Shown here: positions 1-12,171 of the stretch, one piece after another
How the letters are laid out: every line of letters starts with the position of its first letter
Numbering within the stretch: the first letter of the stretch is position 1
DNA from: Octopus sinensis
Lineage: Eukaryota
Direction of reading: 5' to 3'
Assembly: GCF_006345805.1 (NCBI RefSeq)
Contig: NC_043011.1
Location: 29,710,464 to 29,774,463, forward strand
Length of the DNA: 64,000 bases
The notes under the pieces: model-generated
Told to the model about the DNA's origin: nothing
What the model saw: only the letters and a program-made list of their open reading frames with translations
The model's database searches: none
Made by a program: the position numbers and the translations under genes

Positions 1-212
1 TAGGAAAAATACATGCTAAATAGCAAGGCATGTCCAACCTCGGGAGAAAATCCATCCACCCAGTTAAGCATAGGAAAAAATGAGAGTAAAAATTATGATG
101 ACAATGTCAAGAGTCTGACCCATGCAGGCATAGAAAAGAAGATGTTAGAACAATGATGATGAGGTTTCCTGGTGAAAGCTGGAGCATTACACCATTATTG
201 TGTAATGGTAAA

Positions 213-250
213 ACCAAAGACCAAGGACCAAGGACCAAGGACCAAAGACC
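213..250. repeat. 7-bp tandem repeat (GACCAAR) x~5
   Basis: accaaagaccaaggaccaaggaccaaggaccaaagacc read directly. Confidence 0.85.
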
Positions 251-652
251 ATGTGGTGGTGTTGAATTAAATGACAAATTAAAACCATCAATCCTCTCAA
301 TGCGACTAGGGTGACACAGTACAAGTTCACATCTCACCTAAATTTCTTTCTTTGTCATGCTTTTATGATCTAGCTGCCAGTTTTGGGGAGCTTAAATCTG
401 AATATTAACTTCATTAACTTTCCTTAGTTGAAAAACCATTTCAAAATTCCTGACCATTCTGTGGTGCTTCTATTGCTTCTGTTGCTGCCTCTCATACTTC
501 TTCACATAATGACAAATAAAAATGTAATTATGAATATTTATATTTTCGTTTTAATGAATAATAAATAGGTGGGATAGAAGGTCGTATTATGATTCATTTC
601 TATGTAAACAAAAGCTTCCTTGTTTGCTTTCATGTTTATCTTTTATCATTTA

Positions 653-941
653 CATAAACATCATAATTGTCAGCCACCATAGGAGCCATTAATACAGCCA
701 GATCTGCTAGAGTCTCTCTTAAACTATACCCGACTCTCATAGATATTTGTTATTCAGTGTTGAGGACTTGTCAAAGAAAATGGAGGAGAGTTTCCTTGTG
801 GAACATGGTGAAATGCAATTTTGGCTACAGCCACTGAATAACAAATATCTATGAGAATCGGGTATAGTTTAAGAGAGACTCTAGCAGATCTTCTGGCTAT
901 ATTAATGGCTCCTATGGTGGCTGACAATTATGATGTTTATG
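653..941. repeat. Long inverted repeat (~107-bp arms, ~72-nt spacer), MITE-like fold-back
   Basis: 653-759 (cataaacatcataattgtcagccacc...gttattcagtg) is the near-perfect reverse complement of 832-941 (cactgaataac...gacaattatgatgtttatg). Confidence 0.85.
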
Positions 942-994
942 AGGGTTCAAACTTTTCATGGCATGAGCACAAGATCAGGCAGGTGACAGATGGA

Positions 995-1135
995 TATAGT
1001 CTACCAATTTCTACAAGTAATGCCCAACACACTGTAGGATTTGTTGGCCACTGCTCTCATGCTGAAATCAGGCCACATCAGATGTTATATTTTGAAGGAT
1101 TTCCACACCCTAACAAAGAATTAAGACCATGAAGA
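995..1135 (+). mobile_element. Decayed RTE-clade LINE 3' ORF fragment
   Basis: Peptide LPISTSNAQHTVGFVGHCSHAE resembles the RTE C-terminal (R)F(A/V)GHC motif also seen at 12490 and 16753. Confidence 0.45.
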
Positions 1136-1156
1136 TCACTCTAACCCTAACCCTAA

Positions 1157-1298
1157 CCTAATCTTGTGCTCATGTTATTCAGATAAGAAAAAGTATGTAC
1201 TTTCATGGATGTCAGCTGTCCAGCTGACGACACTGTCTCTGAAAACCAAAGAGAAAGAAGATTACTATGGACAACTGCTTCAAAACTTCCAGTTAGTG
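1157..1298 (+). mobile_element. Restriction-like endonuclease (RLE) fragment of an R4/Dong-type non-LTR retrotransposon
   Basis: In-frame PNLVLMLFR*EKVCTFMDVSCPADD, then after a frameshift KEKEDYYGQLLQNFQL; PD..D(E)VSCP..K..Y pattern, homologous to 4961-5239. Confidence 0.6.
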
Positions 1299-1324
1299 AA
1301 ACAGTAAAAATACTATTCTCTTTC

Positions 1325-1545
1325 TCTTTTACTCTTTTACTTGTTTCAGTCATTTTGACTGCGGCCATGCTGGAGCACCGCCTTTAGTCGAGCAATCAAC
1401 CCTGGGACTTATTCTTTGTAAGCCCAGTACTTATTCTATCGGTCTCTTCTGCCAAACCGCTAAGTGACGGGGACGTAAACACACCAGCATCGGTTGTCAG
1501 GCAATGCTAGGGGGACAAACACAGACACACAAACATACACACACA

Positions 1546-1582
<37 letters not shown>

Positions 1583-1745
1583 GACAGGCTTCTTTCAGTT
1601 TCTGTCTACCAAATCCACTCACAAGGCATTGGTCGGCCCGAGGCTATAGCAGAAGACACTTGCCCAAGATGCCACGCAGTGTGACTGAACCCGGAAACCT
1701 GTGGTTGGTAAGCAAGCTACCTACCACACACCCACTCCTGCGCCT
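1325..1745 (-). mobile_element. SINE family A, full length (tRNA-like head, ccttgggcaagtgtctt CORE-like box, central microsatellite, actgaaacaagtaaaagag tail)
   Basis: Minus strand starts aggcgcaggagtgggtgtgtggtag and has a B-box-like gggttcagtcac; more than 20 related copies occur in the window. Confidence 0.9.
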
Positions 1746-2028
1746 ATTATATTATTTGATAGTAAAACAAGTTCTATCACAATTTTAATGGTTTCAGTAT
1801 TTTAGCCAGAAGCAAAGGTCAGTGCACATAATCCTTTGCAGATAGTGGTTTGGGGCAGTAAGGAAGTACTTGGCTCTGATGCTTGCAGCATAATAAACTC
1901 AACTAAAGGCATCCAAGACTCTGGTGTTAATTATGGTGACAAATTGATGTCAGCCACCCAAGAAGGCTAAAGCTGATTTTAAACTTAGAATGTAAAGAGC
2001 TAATACAAATTCCAAGGAAAAACACTCC

Positions 2029-2310
2029 CTCTGATCAGAGATGCATATATTGTCAGCCTAAGGGACATGCTCAAGTGGTTAAGGTCAAGCAACTGACAAG
2101 GAAATCTGTGGTATTGAACAGATTATTTGTTATTGTTATATTTTTGCTTCAGCAACTTATTGCTAAATCTGTCTGAAATGTAATAGAAAATCGGTCAGTT
2201 TCGAAACACTGGAATCCAGTTCACAAAAGCAAAGTTTGAAGGGAATAGTAGTAATTTCCTTTGATTTCTAGATAAAAGCAAATACGAATTAACACATACT
2301 GACCAAAGAC
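2029..2310 (-). mobile_element. Partial family E element fused to an unknown ~160-bp extension
   Basis: tgatcagagatgcatatattgtcagcc...gtggtattgaacag matches family E (42503-43043) reversed; the same E+extension chimera is at 38222-38555. Confidence 0.7.
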
Positions 2311-2370
2311 AAAAAAAAAACAAAATTTTATTCCACGGAGCTATAGGTCATTGGGATCAGGATTAACCTC

Positions 2371-2787
2371 TCTTTTACTCTTTACTCTTTTACTTGTTTC
2401 AGTCATTTGACTGTGGCCATGCTGGATCACCGCCCTTTAGTCGAGCAAATCAACCTCAGGACTTATTCTTCGTAAGCCTAGTACTTATTCTATTGGTCTC
2501 TTTTGCCGAACTGCTAAGTTACAGGGATGTAAACACACCAGCATCGGTTGTCAAGCGATGTTGGGGAAACAAATACAGACACACAAATATATATGCACAC
2601 ACACACACACACACATATATATATGACAGGCTTCTTTCAGTTTTTGTCTACCAAATCCACTCACAAGGCTTTGGTCGGCCTGAGGCTATAGTAGAAGACA
2701 CTTGCCCAAGGTGCCACACAGTGGGACTGAATCTGGAGCCATGTGGTTGGTAAGCAAGCTACTTACCACACAGCCACTCCTGCGCCT
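2371..2787 (-). mobile_element. SINE family A, full length
   Basis: Same head, core and tail as 1325-1745. Confidence 0.9.
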
Positions 2788-3132
2788 GGGATTAAAACAA
2801 CAACAACACATATCTTGAACCCTTCACCTGTCCAAAGTGTGTTCTTACTTACACACCATTAGTAAGCCCTTGTTTCATATATCTTGAGTAATATAATGTT
2901 TTATTTTAATAAGTCCCAAGTTAGTCTGGTGGTTGGTGAAAAATTGTGAATGTGTATTATATATGACACATGAACCCCAGGAGAATTTTTCCTCTGTACT
3001 ATATGTGATACACAGAACAGGTAAAGAGCTAAGATTTTACTACTTAACACTTTACCATTACACCATTGGCTACCCTAAAAATAAAAATGAAGGCCCTCAA
3101 TCAATGTTCATATGCCATAACTTATAGTATCT

Positions 3133-3364
3133 ATGTCTCTATTGCCCACAAGGGGCTAAACATACAGGGGACAAACAAGGACAGACAAGGGGATTAAGTC
3201 GATTACATCGACCCCAGTGCATAACTTGTACTTAATTTATCGACCCCGAAAGGATGAAAAGCAAAGTCGACCTCGGTGGAATTCGAACTCAGAACATAAC
3301 TACAGATGAAATACCACTAAGCATTTCGTCCGGCGTGCTAATGTTTCTGCCAGATCGCCGCCTT
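3133..3364 (-). mobile_element. SINE family B (B2 tail variant) with ~23-bp target-site duplication
   Basis: Central gtcgactttgcttttcatcctttcggggtcgataaattaagtac domain; flanks atatgccataa(c/t)ttatagtatct at 3110-3132 and 3365-3387. Confidence 0.9.
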
Positions 3365-4960
3365 ATATGCCATAATTTATAGTATCTGATAAACAGTAAA
3401 CAATAAACAATGGCAGGCATAATAAATTTATGTAAATTAAACATTAACAGAGCTTGATAGTCTTCCCTTTTTGACCTCTCTCACTTCACTTAACTCTTGT
3501 TCTTTCCTAATTCTTTTTTATCTTCTTTCTTTATCCCTGTCTATCTCCTCCCCACTTCTCTCCCTCTTTCACCAAATACTCTCAGTTTCCCTATTCAGTG
3601 CCATCAATAAACGATCACTCTTTGACTACCACCCAATACACTAGACATTTCTCCATCTTCATAGCAAATCAATTTATTACACGTTTGTATTGTTAATACA
3701 AAATCTGTTTGTTTGAGATATTGCCAAATATTAGCAGATTATATTTCCTATTTTATTTCTCTATATTATCTCTCAAGTAGTTTAAAAAGAAATCAGTGAG
3801 TTATCTTCAAACAAAGATTAAATAATTAAAAGTGTAAACCACAAGTTGACTGGAATTAATCAATGCTTGTAAATAATTCCTCCAGTCTTTCATATTAGTG
3901 CATTGCCTTGGGGTATTTATTCCAGCTTCTTGTGTTCAGGGTTAAAATCCTACTAGGATTGATTTTGCTTTTCATTCCTGGTTATAGGTGCAGGTGTGGC
4001 TGTGCAGTTAACAAGCTTTCTTCGTAATAATTGGTTTCAGTTTCAATTCCACTGCATAGCACCTTAAGCAAATTTCTTCTGCAGCTACAGCTCTGGGCTG
4101 ACACTGAGATTGAATCTGATAGAGGGAAACTATGTGGAAGCTCATCACATGTATTTGTGTGTGTGTGTGTGTGTGCTCAACAACTGGTATTAATTTGCTT
4201 TTTCTCCTGTAATGCAGCAGTATAGTAAAAGGGACCAACAGAATATGTATCAGTCATAAATAAATACAGGGTTCAATTTATTCAACTAAACCCAAACTCT
4301 TTCAAACAGTGCTCTAGCATGGGCTGCAGTCTAATGACTGAAACAAGTAAATGAGAAAAAAAAGCGGAATCGTTAGAGCATTAGGAAGAATGATTTGCAA
4401 GGATTTTTTTCCGCAGCTCTTTGCATTCTGAGTTCAAATCCTGCTGTGGCCTACTGGGGTGGTAACACCAGGAGCTGGTGATGGTCCTTGGGTGCTTTTC
4501 ACAGAATCCATTGCAAAAAATCAGGTAAAGTTTCTGGTTTGGAGATGTCTTCCTCCCTCTCTTCCTCACCCCTATTACTGTCCTTGAAGGTTCTGTGAAG
4601 GATCAAGGACTTTATCATTCCCTTCTAAAAAAACATTAAGAAAAATAAATATAACTATAAACAAAATCTTCAAATCATACACTGTTGTTGTTGTTCTTTA
4701 ACATTCTGATTTAGTAAACCCATAATCATTGGCATTCTATCTGTAACCACACCATTTGTCTTTTCTCAGCACTCTTCGTCTATGTTAACATTTTACAATG
4801 TGTGTCATTTTTTAAGGCAATGGTTGGCATTAAAAGTCTTGGAAATATCTGTTCAAGTCTTTTATTGAAGCCTCACAGAGAAGTATTCTTCCAAGTAATG
4901 TCATAAATACACAAGGTTCTTCACTTCCCAAAGCTGTATTTAACCACACACACACACAAG

Positions 4961-5300
4961 CTTCCAATAGATGCTAACACAAAGCTAAAGATCAGTGAAA
5001 AAGAAAATACCAATGCTGAACTATTTAGGAATCTACAGCTGCTCTATCCAGATTACAAGTTCAGGTTTATACCTGTAACTATTGGGGTACTAAGGTATGT
5101 AACACACTGTCTAAATACCAATCTTGAGAAATTGGGCTTCTCAAAACCAGAAAGAAGAAAGCTGATACAAAGACTACAGATCCAAGCCATTACTGGAACT
5201 GTAAAAATTTGAAAAACTTTCCAGAAGTTTATTATTTAAGTATACGTGAGCATGTCTAGATATGCAACTATATGCTTGAGAATACATACAGAAAACAAAA
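4961..5300 (+). mobile_element. 3' end of an RLE-type (R4-like) non-LTR retrotransposon, family C
   Basis: LPIDANTKLKISEKENTNAELFRNLQLLYPDYKFRFIPVTIGVLRYVTHCLNTNLEKLGFSKPERRKLIQRLQIQAITGTVKI*KTFQKFII* (one premature TGA at 5210), followed by a short UTR and (CATA)n. Confidence 0.75.
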
Positions 5301-5761
5301 CATATAAATCTGCATGTATACATACATACATGCATACATACATACATACATACATACATACATACATACATACATACATACGTGCATGCATGCATACCTA
5401 CATACATACACACATACACATGCACACATACACACACATACATACATGCATACATACACACATACACACACATGCATGCACACAAACACATATACATACA
5501 AACGGGCATACATACATACACACACACATGCACACATACATACATGCATACATATATATACACACATACACGCACATGCATGCACACAAACACATATGCA
5601 TACATACATACATACATACATACATACGTACATACATACATACATACATACATGCATACATACATACACACATACACGCACATGCATGCACACAAACACA
5701 TACACATATGCATACATACATACATACATACATGCATACATACATACATACATACATACAT

Positions 5762-5792
<31 letters not shown>

Positions 5793-5810
5793 TACATGCA
5801 TATACATAAT
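5300..5810. repeat. Compound (CATA)n/(CA)n/(CAGA)n microsatellite
   Basis: Read directly; accounts for the 130-220-aa low-complexity ORFs at 5174-5924. Confidence 0.95.
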
Positions 5811-6549
5811 AGGCTTCTTTCTAGCCAATGCAATCACAAGCCACTGGTTGGCCCGGGGACTGTAGTGGAAGATACTTGCCCAAGGTACTGCATAGTGAGA
5901 CTGAACCGAAGATTAAACAGATGAGAAACAAACTTCTTAATCATACAGCCATGACTACACTTGTAGAAATTAGCTACATATCCTGTACCCCAGAACAACA
6001 GAGTGTAATTCCTCAATATTGCACTCCATTGACCTGCAAAAAGTCCAGAAAATGCAGCAAAAGGAATAACTAGTCAATTCCTCACAGAACCATGTCTAAT
6101 TTGGGCGTACTCCCAAATTAACAGATTTTCCTTCAAAAGACCTTAATATAAAAATTCACCAAGAGAAATACTCTTAAAAGCATTAAAAATACTTTTCTCT
6201 TATTCTCTTTCTTTCCTTTTTTTTTTAAATATTAAACCAGGGTTAAAGGATATTTCTCCTTTTATTTGATGTCAAAAATTTTTCTAAATTATTTTCAAGT
6301 TCTCGAAATTTAAAATAAATACATAAATAGAAATACACGTAAAATATATAAACAATTGAGAAAATATATCTTTATTAAAAGAAAGAAAATCTGGCAGTGT
6401 TATTTTTGTACATTTTATCCCAATGAAATTTTCCTAAACAACTCTAAATGTAACTTGAGAATGTAATAAAGAAAAGAGAATTCTGCTTGGAATTCCTGAA
6501 ACCACCTGCCTTATAAATGTATGCAATATGTGAGTGTGCACATGAGCTA

Positions 6550-6570
6550 GTGTGTGTGTGTGCATGCACA

Positions 6571-6610
<40 letters not shown>

Positions 6611-6759
6611 TGCGTGCATGTGTGCGTGCACGTGTGTGTTTTCTGGCTTTATGTCTCAAATTTCTCACCAAAGGGAAAGAGCCAATATCTTACAAAGCTT
6701 TCTCAGTGGAATTTAAACATCAACTGGCCCACCATCTGTATGTGTGTGTGTGTGTATGA

Positions 6760-6790
<31 letters not shown>

Positions 6791-6800
6791 CATGAGTATG
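6550..6800. repeat. (TG)n microsatellite blocks
   Basis: Read directly. Confidence 0.9.
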
Positions 6801-6948
6801 TGTAGTGCAAGTGTCAGAACAAATATACTTGTACCAAAAGAAAAAAAACAGCAATTCTTAACCATTTATTTTTCTTCTGTCTGACATCACTGACAGATTC
6901 AGAATCGATGTAATCTTGCCAAAATGTTATTCATGTCATCGCTTACAG

Positions 6949-7060
6949 CAGTGCTTTTCAAACTTTTTAACTATGGCCCATTTTCGTTTACTAACACTTT
7001 TTCAATACCTCCCTTGCCATGATTCAACAAAATTAAATACATTCTCTAAAATGGTTCGTA
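6949..7060 (+). mobile_element. Possible hAT/Charlie-like MITE terminus
   Basis: Starts cagtgcttttcaaacttttt, similar to CAGTGGTTCTCAAACT-type hAT ends; no partner end found. Confidence 0.3.
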
Positions 7061-7222
7061 AGTCATTCAATAGTTTAACCATCAGATTGAAAGAATCTGG
7101 ATTCCAAAATGAAGTCCTCACCAAAGAGATGGGTGCTTGAGTGCCTGTGAGCAAATCTACCTATAATATCTTGAAGCTCATTAAACAACTTTCAATTTCT
7201 AGGAGACAGAAAACCAGAGCCC

Positions 7223-7450
7223 TTAACCCTTTTTGTTACTGTATTCATTTTGAAATGCTCTGTGTTTCTTTCAATTACTTTATATGTAATAAAGAATTTA
7301 GTAAAATAACTTAGTTATCATTAAGCTAGTGTTAGGAACATAAATTGTGACTAGGGCTTGGTGGAAGATTTTAATTCAAAACTTATGGAAACAAGACATT
7401 TGTATTCAGAGCCAGAGCCGGTTTCAACCGGGCTGGTAATGAAAAGGTTA
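7223..7450 (+). mobile_element. piggyBac-like MITE family F2
   Basis: ttaa|ccctttttgttac ... gtaatgaaaaggtta termini; internal sequence recurs at 39240-39378 and, reversed, at 26019-26180. Confidence 0.7.
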
Positions 7451-8334
7451 CGGTAATGGCAGAAATAACTTAGAATGGTTCCAATTAGATCTTGTCAAAG
7501 AGGAATGGAAGTGAGTTTCAGAAGGCAAAATCATATTCACCATCAACTGGTATCTCAGATGGAGCTGCATAAACACCCAAGGTACTTTGGACCTGGGATA
7601 CTTTAACTAACCAGGAGGGTTGCAGGGTTTCCAGGAGTCATGATCTAGATGCTGTCCAGTCCAGACCTCTCAGTTTAAGGAGTTAAGGGATGAAACACTT
7701 GCTTGAAATGAGCTTTTTCTCTGAATACCTGTTATTCAGTTTTCCCTAGAGTTTCTAACTATCTGAATATCTATAACTTTGACAGGTTTTGGCCAGTACA
7801 GGCTCAGGTCATGTCTAACTTAAAAGCTCTACCTGCATGTATGTATATATATATATATATATATATGCAGTGTTATTACCAGTTAAAATATGCTTGTCTG
7901 CTTGCAGCATACCCAGTTCATTTTTTTCTGTGACTGAAGAGGAGGTAACCACTCCGAAATGCTACCATATCACAGTTTGGATAGGTGGTGCTGCAAGCTG
8001 ATTTAGGTATATTTACACCATTTATCTAAATCTAGAAATTTTCTCCATGACAAAACACAGAGAATGGCTTTCCTACAGGTTCAAACATACCACAAACATA
8101 TTTGAACTGGCAATAACTTTGTATTTATACATACTACAGCTTAGTGTCCTCAGCCTATAATAATATGGAATGTCCAAACATTTGACCAAGAATATTATTG
8201 GATGTTTCATATGTAGTTTAAAAGAAACATCTATAACCTGAGCATCTATATAAAATTTTCATGACCATGTATTTACTTAGCCCCAGTGGTGATATCCCTA
8301 GTGGTGTATCCTTTGCTGATATCACATTACATAA

Positions 8335-8532
8335 TGGTTTCAAATTTTGGCACAAGGCCAGCAGATTCAGGAGAGGGAGTAAGTTGATTTCATTGACCCC
8401 AGTGTTCAACTGGTAGCTATTTTATAGGCAAAGTGAACCTTGGTGGAATTTGAACTTGGAACGTAAAAACAGATGAAATGCTACTCAGTATTTTGCCCGG
8501 TGTGTTAACGATTCTGTCAGCTTGCCACCTTA
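8335..8532 (-). mobile_element. SINE family B
   Basis: ttcaaattttggcacaaggcc tail and cttgccacctt head, reversed. Confidence 0.8.
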
Positions 8533-9418
8533 GACACCATTATGTAAGTATATGATATCATACTGATATAATAAATATGTAATAAGTATAATTAAATAGT
8601 TTGAAGGGGAGAGAGTGAGAGATTCAAGATGTTAGCAAAGGTTACTTTCAGTGTCTGTTTCCACTATCACATATAAAATAATAATACCTCACTGAGATAT
8701 AATAATTTGGTAGTTAGCAAGATCCGAAAGATTTCCTTTCTTGGGCACATTGTAACATGCTTCCAAGCGTGTTACAATGTGCTTGTGTTACAAAGAGAGT
8801 GTGATGAAAGAGTCTGGTGATTGTAGGGGCACATCATATAAAAGTACCAGAAGGTACATTACCTAGGCTGGTGGTCTTGTTGGTTTCAAGTGACCGGGAG
8901 TACTTTTTTGCCTGACATGTGTATGTTAATAGGGGTGACAATGATGAAGCAGAAAGGGATAGTTTTGGAGGCGTTTTATCCAGTGTGGGCAATGTCGAGG
9001 TCTTCCCCAGAGGAATACCATTCACTGAACCAAAATGGTTGAGAAGTAAATGAAAGAGAGTTTTACGAAATTCCTTTTAGTGAGAATCCTTTTAACATGA
9101 GATGGGAAAAGATTGTCTGTGGCTGGAAAGGGAAAAGGTTTGAGGGAAATGTAATAAAGAAAGTATTTCTTTATAGTTCTGGTGATGGTTTTCCAGGAAA
9201 TACCATACAAGAAAATGCTGTTCATATTGTAGTTGTTGGGATGGGGGGTTCTCCTTAGAAATGTATGCAGTATTCTTTTCTCAAATTGCTACATCAACAT
9301 TAATGAGTGGCCCACAGAATTCGTGGGAACTATGTGGGTTCATTGTGTGGGATATGATAGGACATGTCATAAGATTAGTTTTAGTCACTCATGATGTTTC
9401 TGATTAATCAGAGATGAA

Positions 9419-9860
9419 GCATGGCTGTGTGGTTAGGAAGCTTGCTTCCTAGCTATATGGTTTCGGGTTCAGTCCCACTGCTTGGCACTTTGGGTAGGTG
9501 TCTTCTACTATAGCCCCGAGCCGACCGAAGCTTTGTGATTGAATTCGGTAGGCGGAAGTTACTGCTGTGTGTGTATGTGTGCGTGTAGCTGCTCAGTGCC
9601 TCTCCGAAAGAGAGAGAGGGAAGCTCATAATTTCCAAGGATATTTAGCATAGAATTGGCAGAGCTTCAACTAGTCAGATTGACTAGTTGACAATTTGTGA
9701 GATGATACAATATCCCTTTTATACTCTTTTAGTTTCCATTTACCAAACCTACTCACAAGGCTTTGGGTGGCCTGGAACTATAGTGGAGGACACACAGTGG
9801 GACTGAACCCCACACCATATGGTCGGAAAGCAAGCTTCTTAACAACACAGCCAAGTCTGT
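9419..9860. mobile_element. Two partial SINE A heads in opposite orientation (9419-9560 +, 9720-9860 -)
   Basis: catggctgtgtggttaggaagc...; ...gcaagcttcttaacaacacagcca. Confidence 0.75.
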
Positions 9861-10392
9861 GCCTATTTATCAATTTGCTTTATTTTTTTCAGTGGAGTGT
9901 GCAGAGAGTGGTTATTAAGTGATTATGTAGATATCAAAAAAGTAATAAAAAAAAAATGTTACTTTAAATGCTTTAAACAATTCATTTGTGAAATAATCTA
10001 TATGTTCATTACTGTTTACATAGTCAATTTTTTACTTTACGATAACTTGCCTGGGAGGCCTAACATGGATGTTAATTGAATAGCTGTTTCGCATATCGTT
10101 CAAATTAATTTCATAGCTCTTTTAATATCAAAGAGCATTTTTGAAGATATAAATTGAAAATGGTTTCGAACGAACATTATATTAACAAGACAAATCAACA
10201 ACAACAAAAAAAGAAGACACATTCAGGAGGGATGTATATTCTTCAGTAGCTAAGTGAGCATCACATTCTCACTAAAGACAGTAAATATTCTGTGCAATAA
10301 TGTTGTTCTTGCAGGTGTCATGATATAATCTAACTGTAAATTGTTTTTTCTTTTTTTAAATCTAATAATACAGACTCAGAATTGAAGATTAA

Positions 10393-10613
10393 CCCTTTAG
10401 CATTTAAACTGGCCATATCCGGCCAAAAGTATTCTGCCTGTTTTATGTTCAAACTGGCCAGATCTGGTCTCTCACACCAACCCTACAATATCGTTTTAAA
10501 AATTAACTGCTACCTCATCAAAATCTCATAGCTACAAGATAATGCATGATTAGTTCAAAACAATGTGGATGAAGAAGCGCTAATTTTGTCAGAATAATGC
10601 GAACACTAAAGGG
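10393..10613 (+). mobile_element. piggyBac-like MITE family F1 with TTAA target-site duplication
   Basis: TTAA(10389-92)|ccctttag ... ctaaaggg|TTAA(10614-17). Confidence 0.85.
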
Positions 10614-10811
10614 TTAAGTCAGACTGAAGCCATGTTGTGCATTATAAGTATAGACATGTGATGTCTATACATATATCATAGTTGTAGTTTCAGCATGTCA
10701 GTGCTACATCCAGGGCTGGATTAAAACACATAGAGGCCTTAAACATTTAAAAGATTTTGGTGCCCCATATATATGTGATTCAAAATAGGTATAGCTGTAT
10801 GGTAAGAAGCT

Positions 10812-11048
10812 GGTAAGCGAGCTGGCAGAAACATTACCATGCTGGGTAAAATACTTAGCAATATTTCGTCTGCTGCTACGTTCTAAGTTCAAATTCCGCC
10901 GAGGTCGACTTTGCCTTTCATCCTTTCGGGGTCGATTAAATAAATACCAGTTATGCAGCTGGGGTCGATATAATCGACTTAATCCATTTGTCTGTCCTTG
11001 TTTGTCCCCTCAGTGTGTAGCCCCTTGTGGGCAGTAAAGAAATAAGAA
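10812..11048 (+). mobile_element. SINE family B (B2 tail)
   Basis: ggtaagcgagctggcagaaac ... gccccttgtgggcagtaaagaaataaga. Confidence 0.9.
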
Positions 11049-11074
11049 GCTGGTTACCCATTGACATTATTTTG

Positions 11075-11460
11075 CATTCAATCCCACTACATGGCACGTT
11101 GTGCTATAGCCCCAGGCCAAGCAAAGCCTTGTCAGCAGATTTGGTAGAGAAAAACTGAAAGAAGCTGTCATATATGTAAAGATATATATATATATATACA
11201 CACACTCACTCATACATATTTATGTGTGGTTGTGTGTGTCTTTGTATCTCTGTTTATCCCCCAAATCCACTAGACAACTAGTGATGATATGTTTACATCC
11301 CCGTAACTTAGCAGTTTGGTAAAAGCCGCTAATAGAATAAGTACCAGGCTTTAAAAAGAGACTAAGTACTGAGGTTGATTCATTCAACTAAAATTTCTTT
11401 GAAGCAGTGCCCCAGCATGGTCACAGTTTAATGACTGAAAGAAGTAAGAGATAAAAGATA
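11075..11460 (+). mobile_element. SINE family A, diverged
   Basis: Core, central TA/TG tract and gactgaaagaagtaagag tail. Confidence 0.75.
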
Positions 11461-12171
11461 AAATATTTCCCAATATAATAATGAATCATAGTGTTTTTAT
11501 ATATTTGTATATATATATATTTGTCCAGAATCACGCTGGATGCAGAGGAAGAGAGAAAATGGTAATTTAGTGAAGGAGAAGTAGTGAGAGTAGTAGTCCT
11601 GACTGAGAGGGAGTGAGAGAAAATAATTGCAATGAGAGAAAGAGAAAGGAAGGGGTGATAGATAAATAAGGAAGGAAGGGGGTGGAAAAAAAAATCCATG
11701 TTTTAACTCTGTGTGAGTATATGTGTGTATGTGTGTGCATGTACAAGGGAAGTATGTGAATGTTTGTATGTGTGATTATTTTTGTACCTTATTTTGTCCC
11801 TTTTTTATATACAAAATACTACAATTAGCCATCATTATTGACAGCACATGGTCAGCTAGTAAAAGATAAAATATCATGAAATAAATTTTTATTTTTCAAA
11901 CTGAAACAAAATCAACAGAAAGATGGAGAATAATGTTTATTTTTGTATACTGCAACTTTACTGATGAATTGTTGCATGCATTATTGATATAAGAGAACTG
12001 AAATGGCTTCATCTGTGAATTAAATTAAACTGGTTTATTCACACTACAAGGAGTTTATCTCCCAGAAACACACCTCATTTATACGTTTATAATAATTAAT
12101 ACAGTACCTATACAACATGGGCTATGAATAGATTAATAAGATAATTTATATCCATATGTAGAATGTGTAAG

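Noticed and set aside
427-570. Possible terminal exon LKNHFKIPDHSVVLLLLLLLPLILLHIM after an AG acceptor
   Set aside because: No recognisable homology or linked exons; such frames arise by chance in T-rich DNA.
5174-5924. Long ORFs of 130-220 aa (also at 25392-25777, 34109-35841, 36856-37404, 43587-44718 and 52722-53226)
   Set aside because: They are translations of CATA, TA, CA or AAT microsatellites, open in several frames and on both strands.
5960-6046. Possible minus-strand exon GQWSAILRNYTLLFWGTGYVANFY after ttttgcag
   Set aside because: The acceptor is plausible but there is no convincing donor and no recognisable family; needs RNA-seq or tBLASTn.
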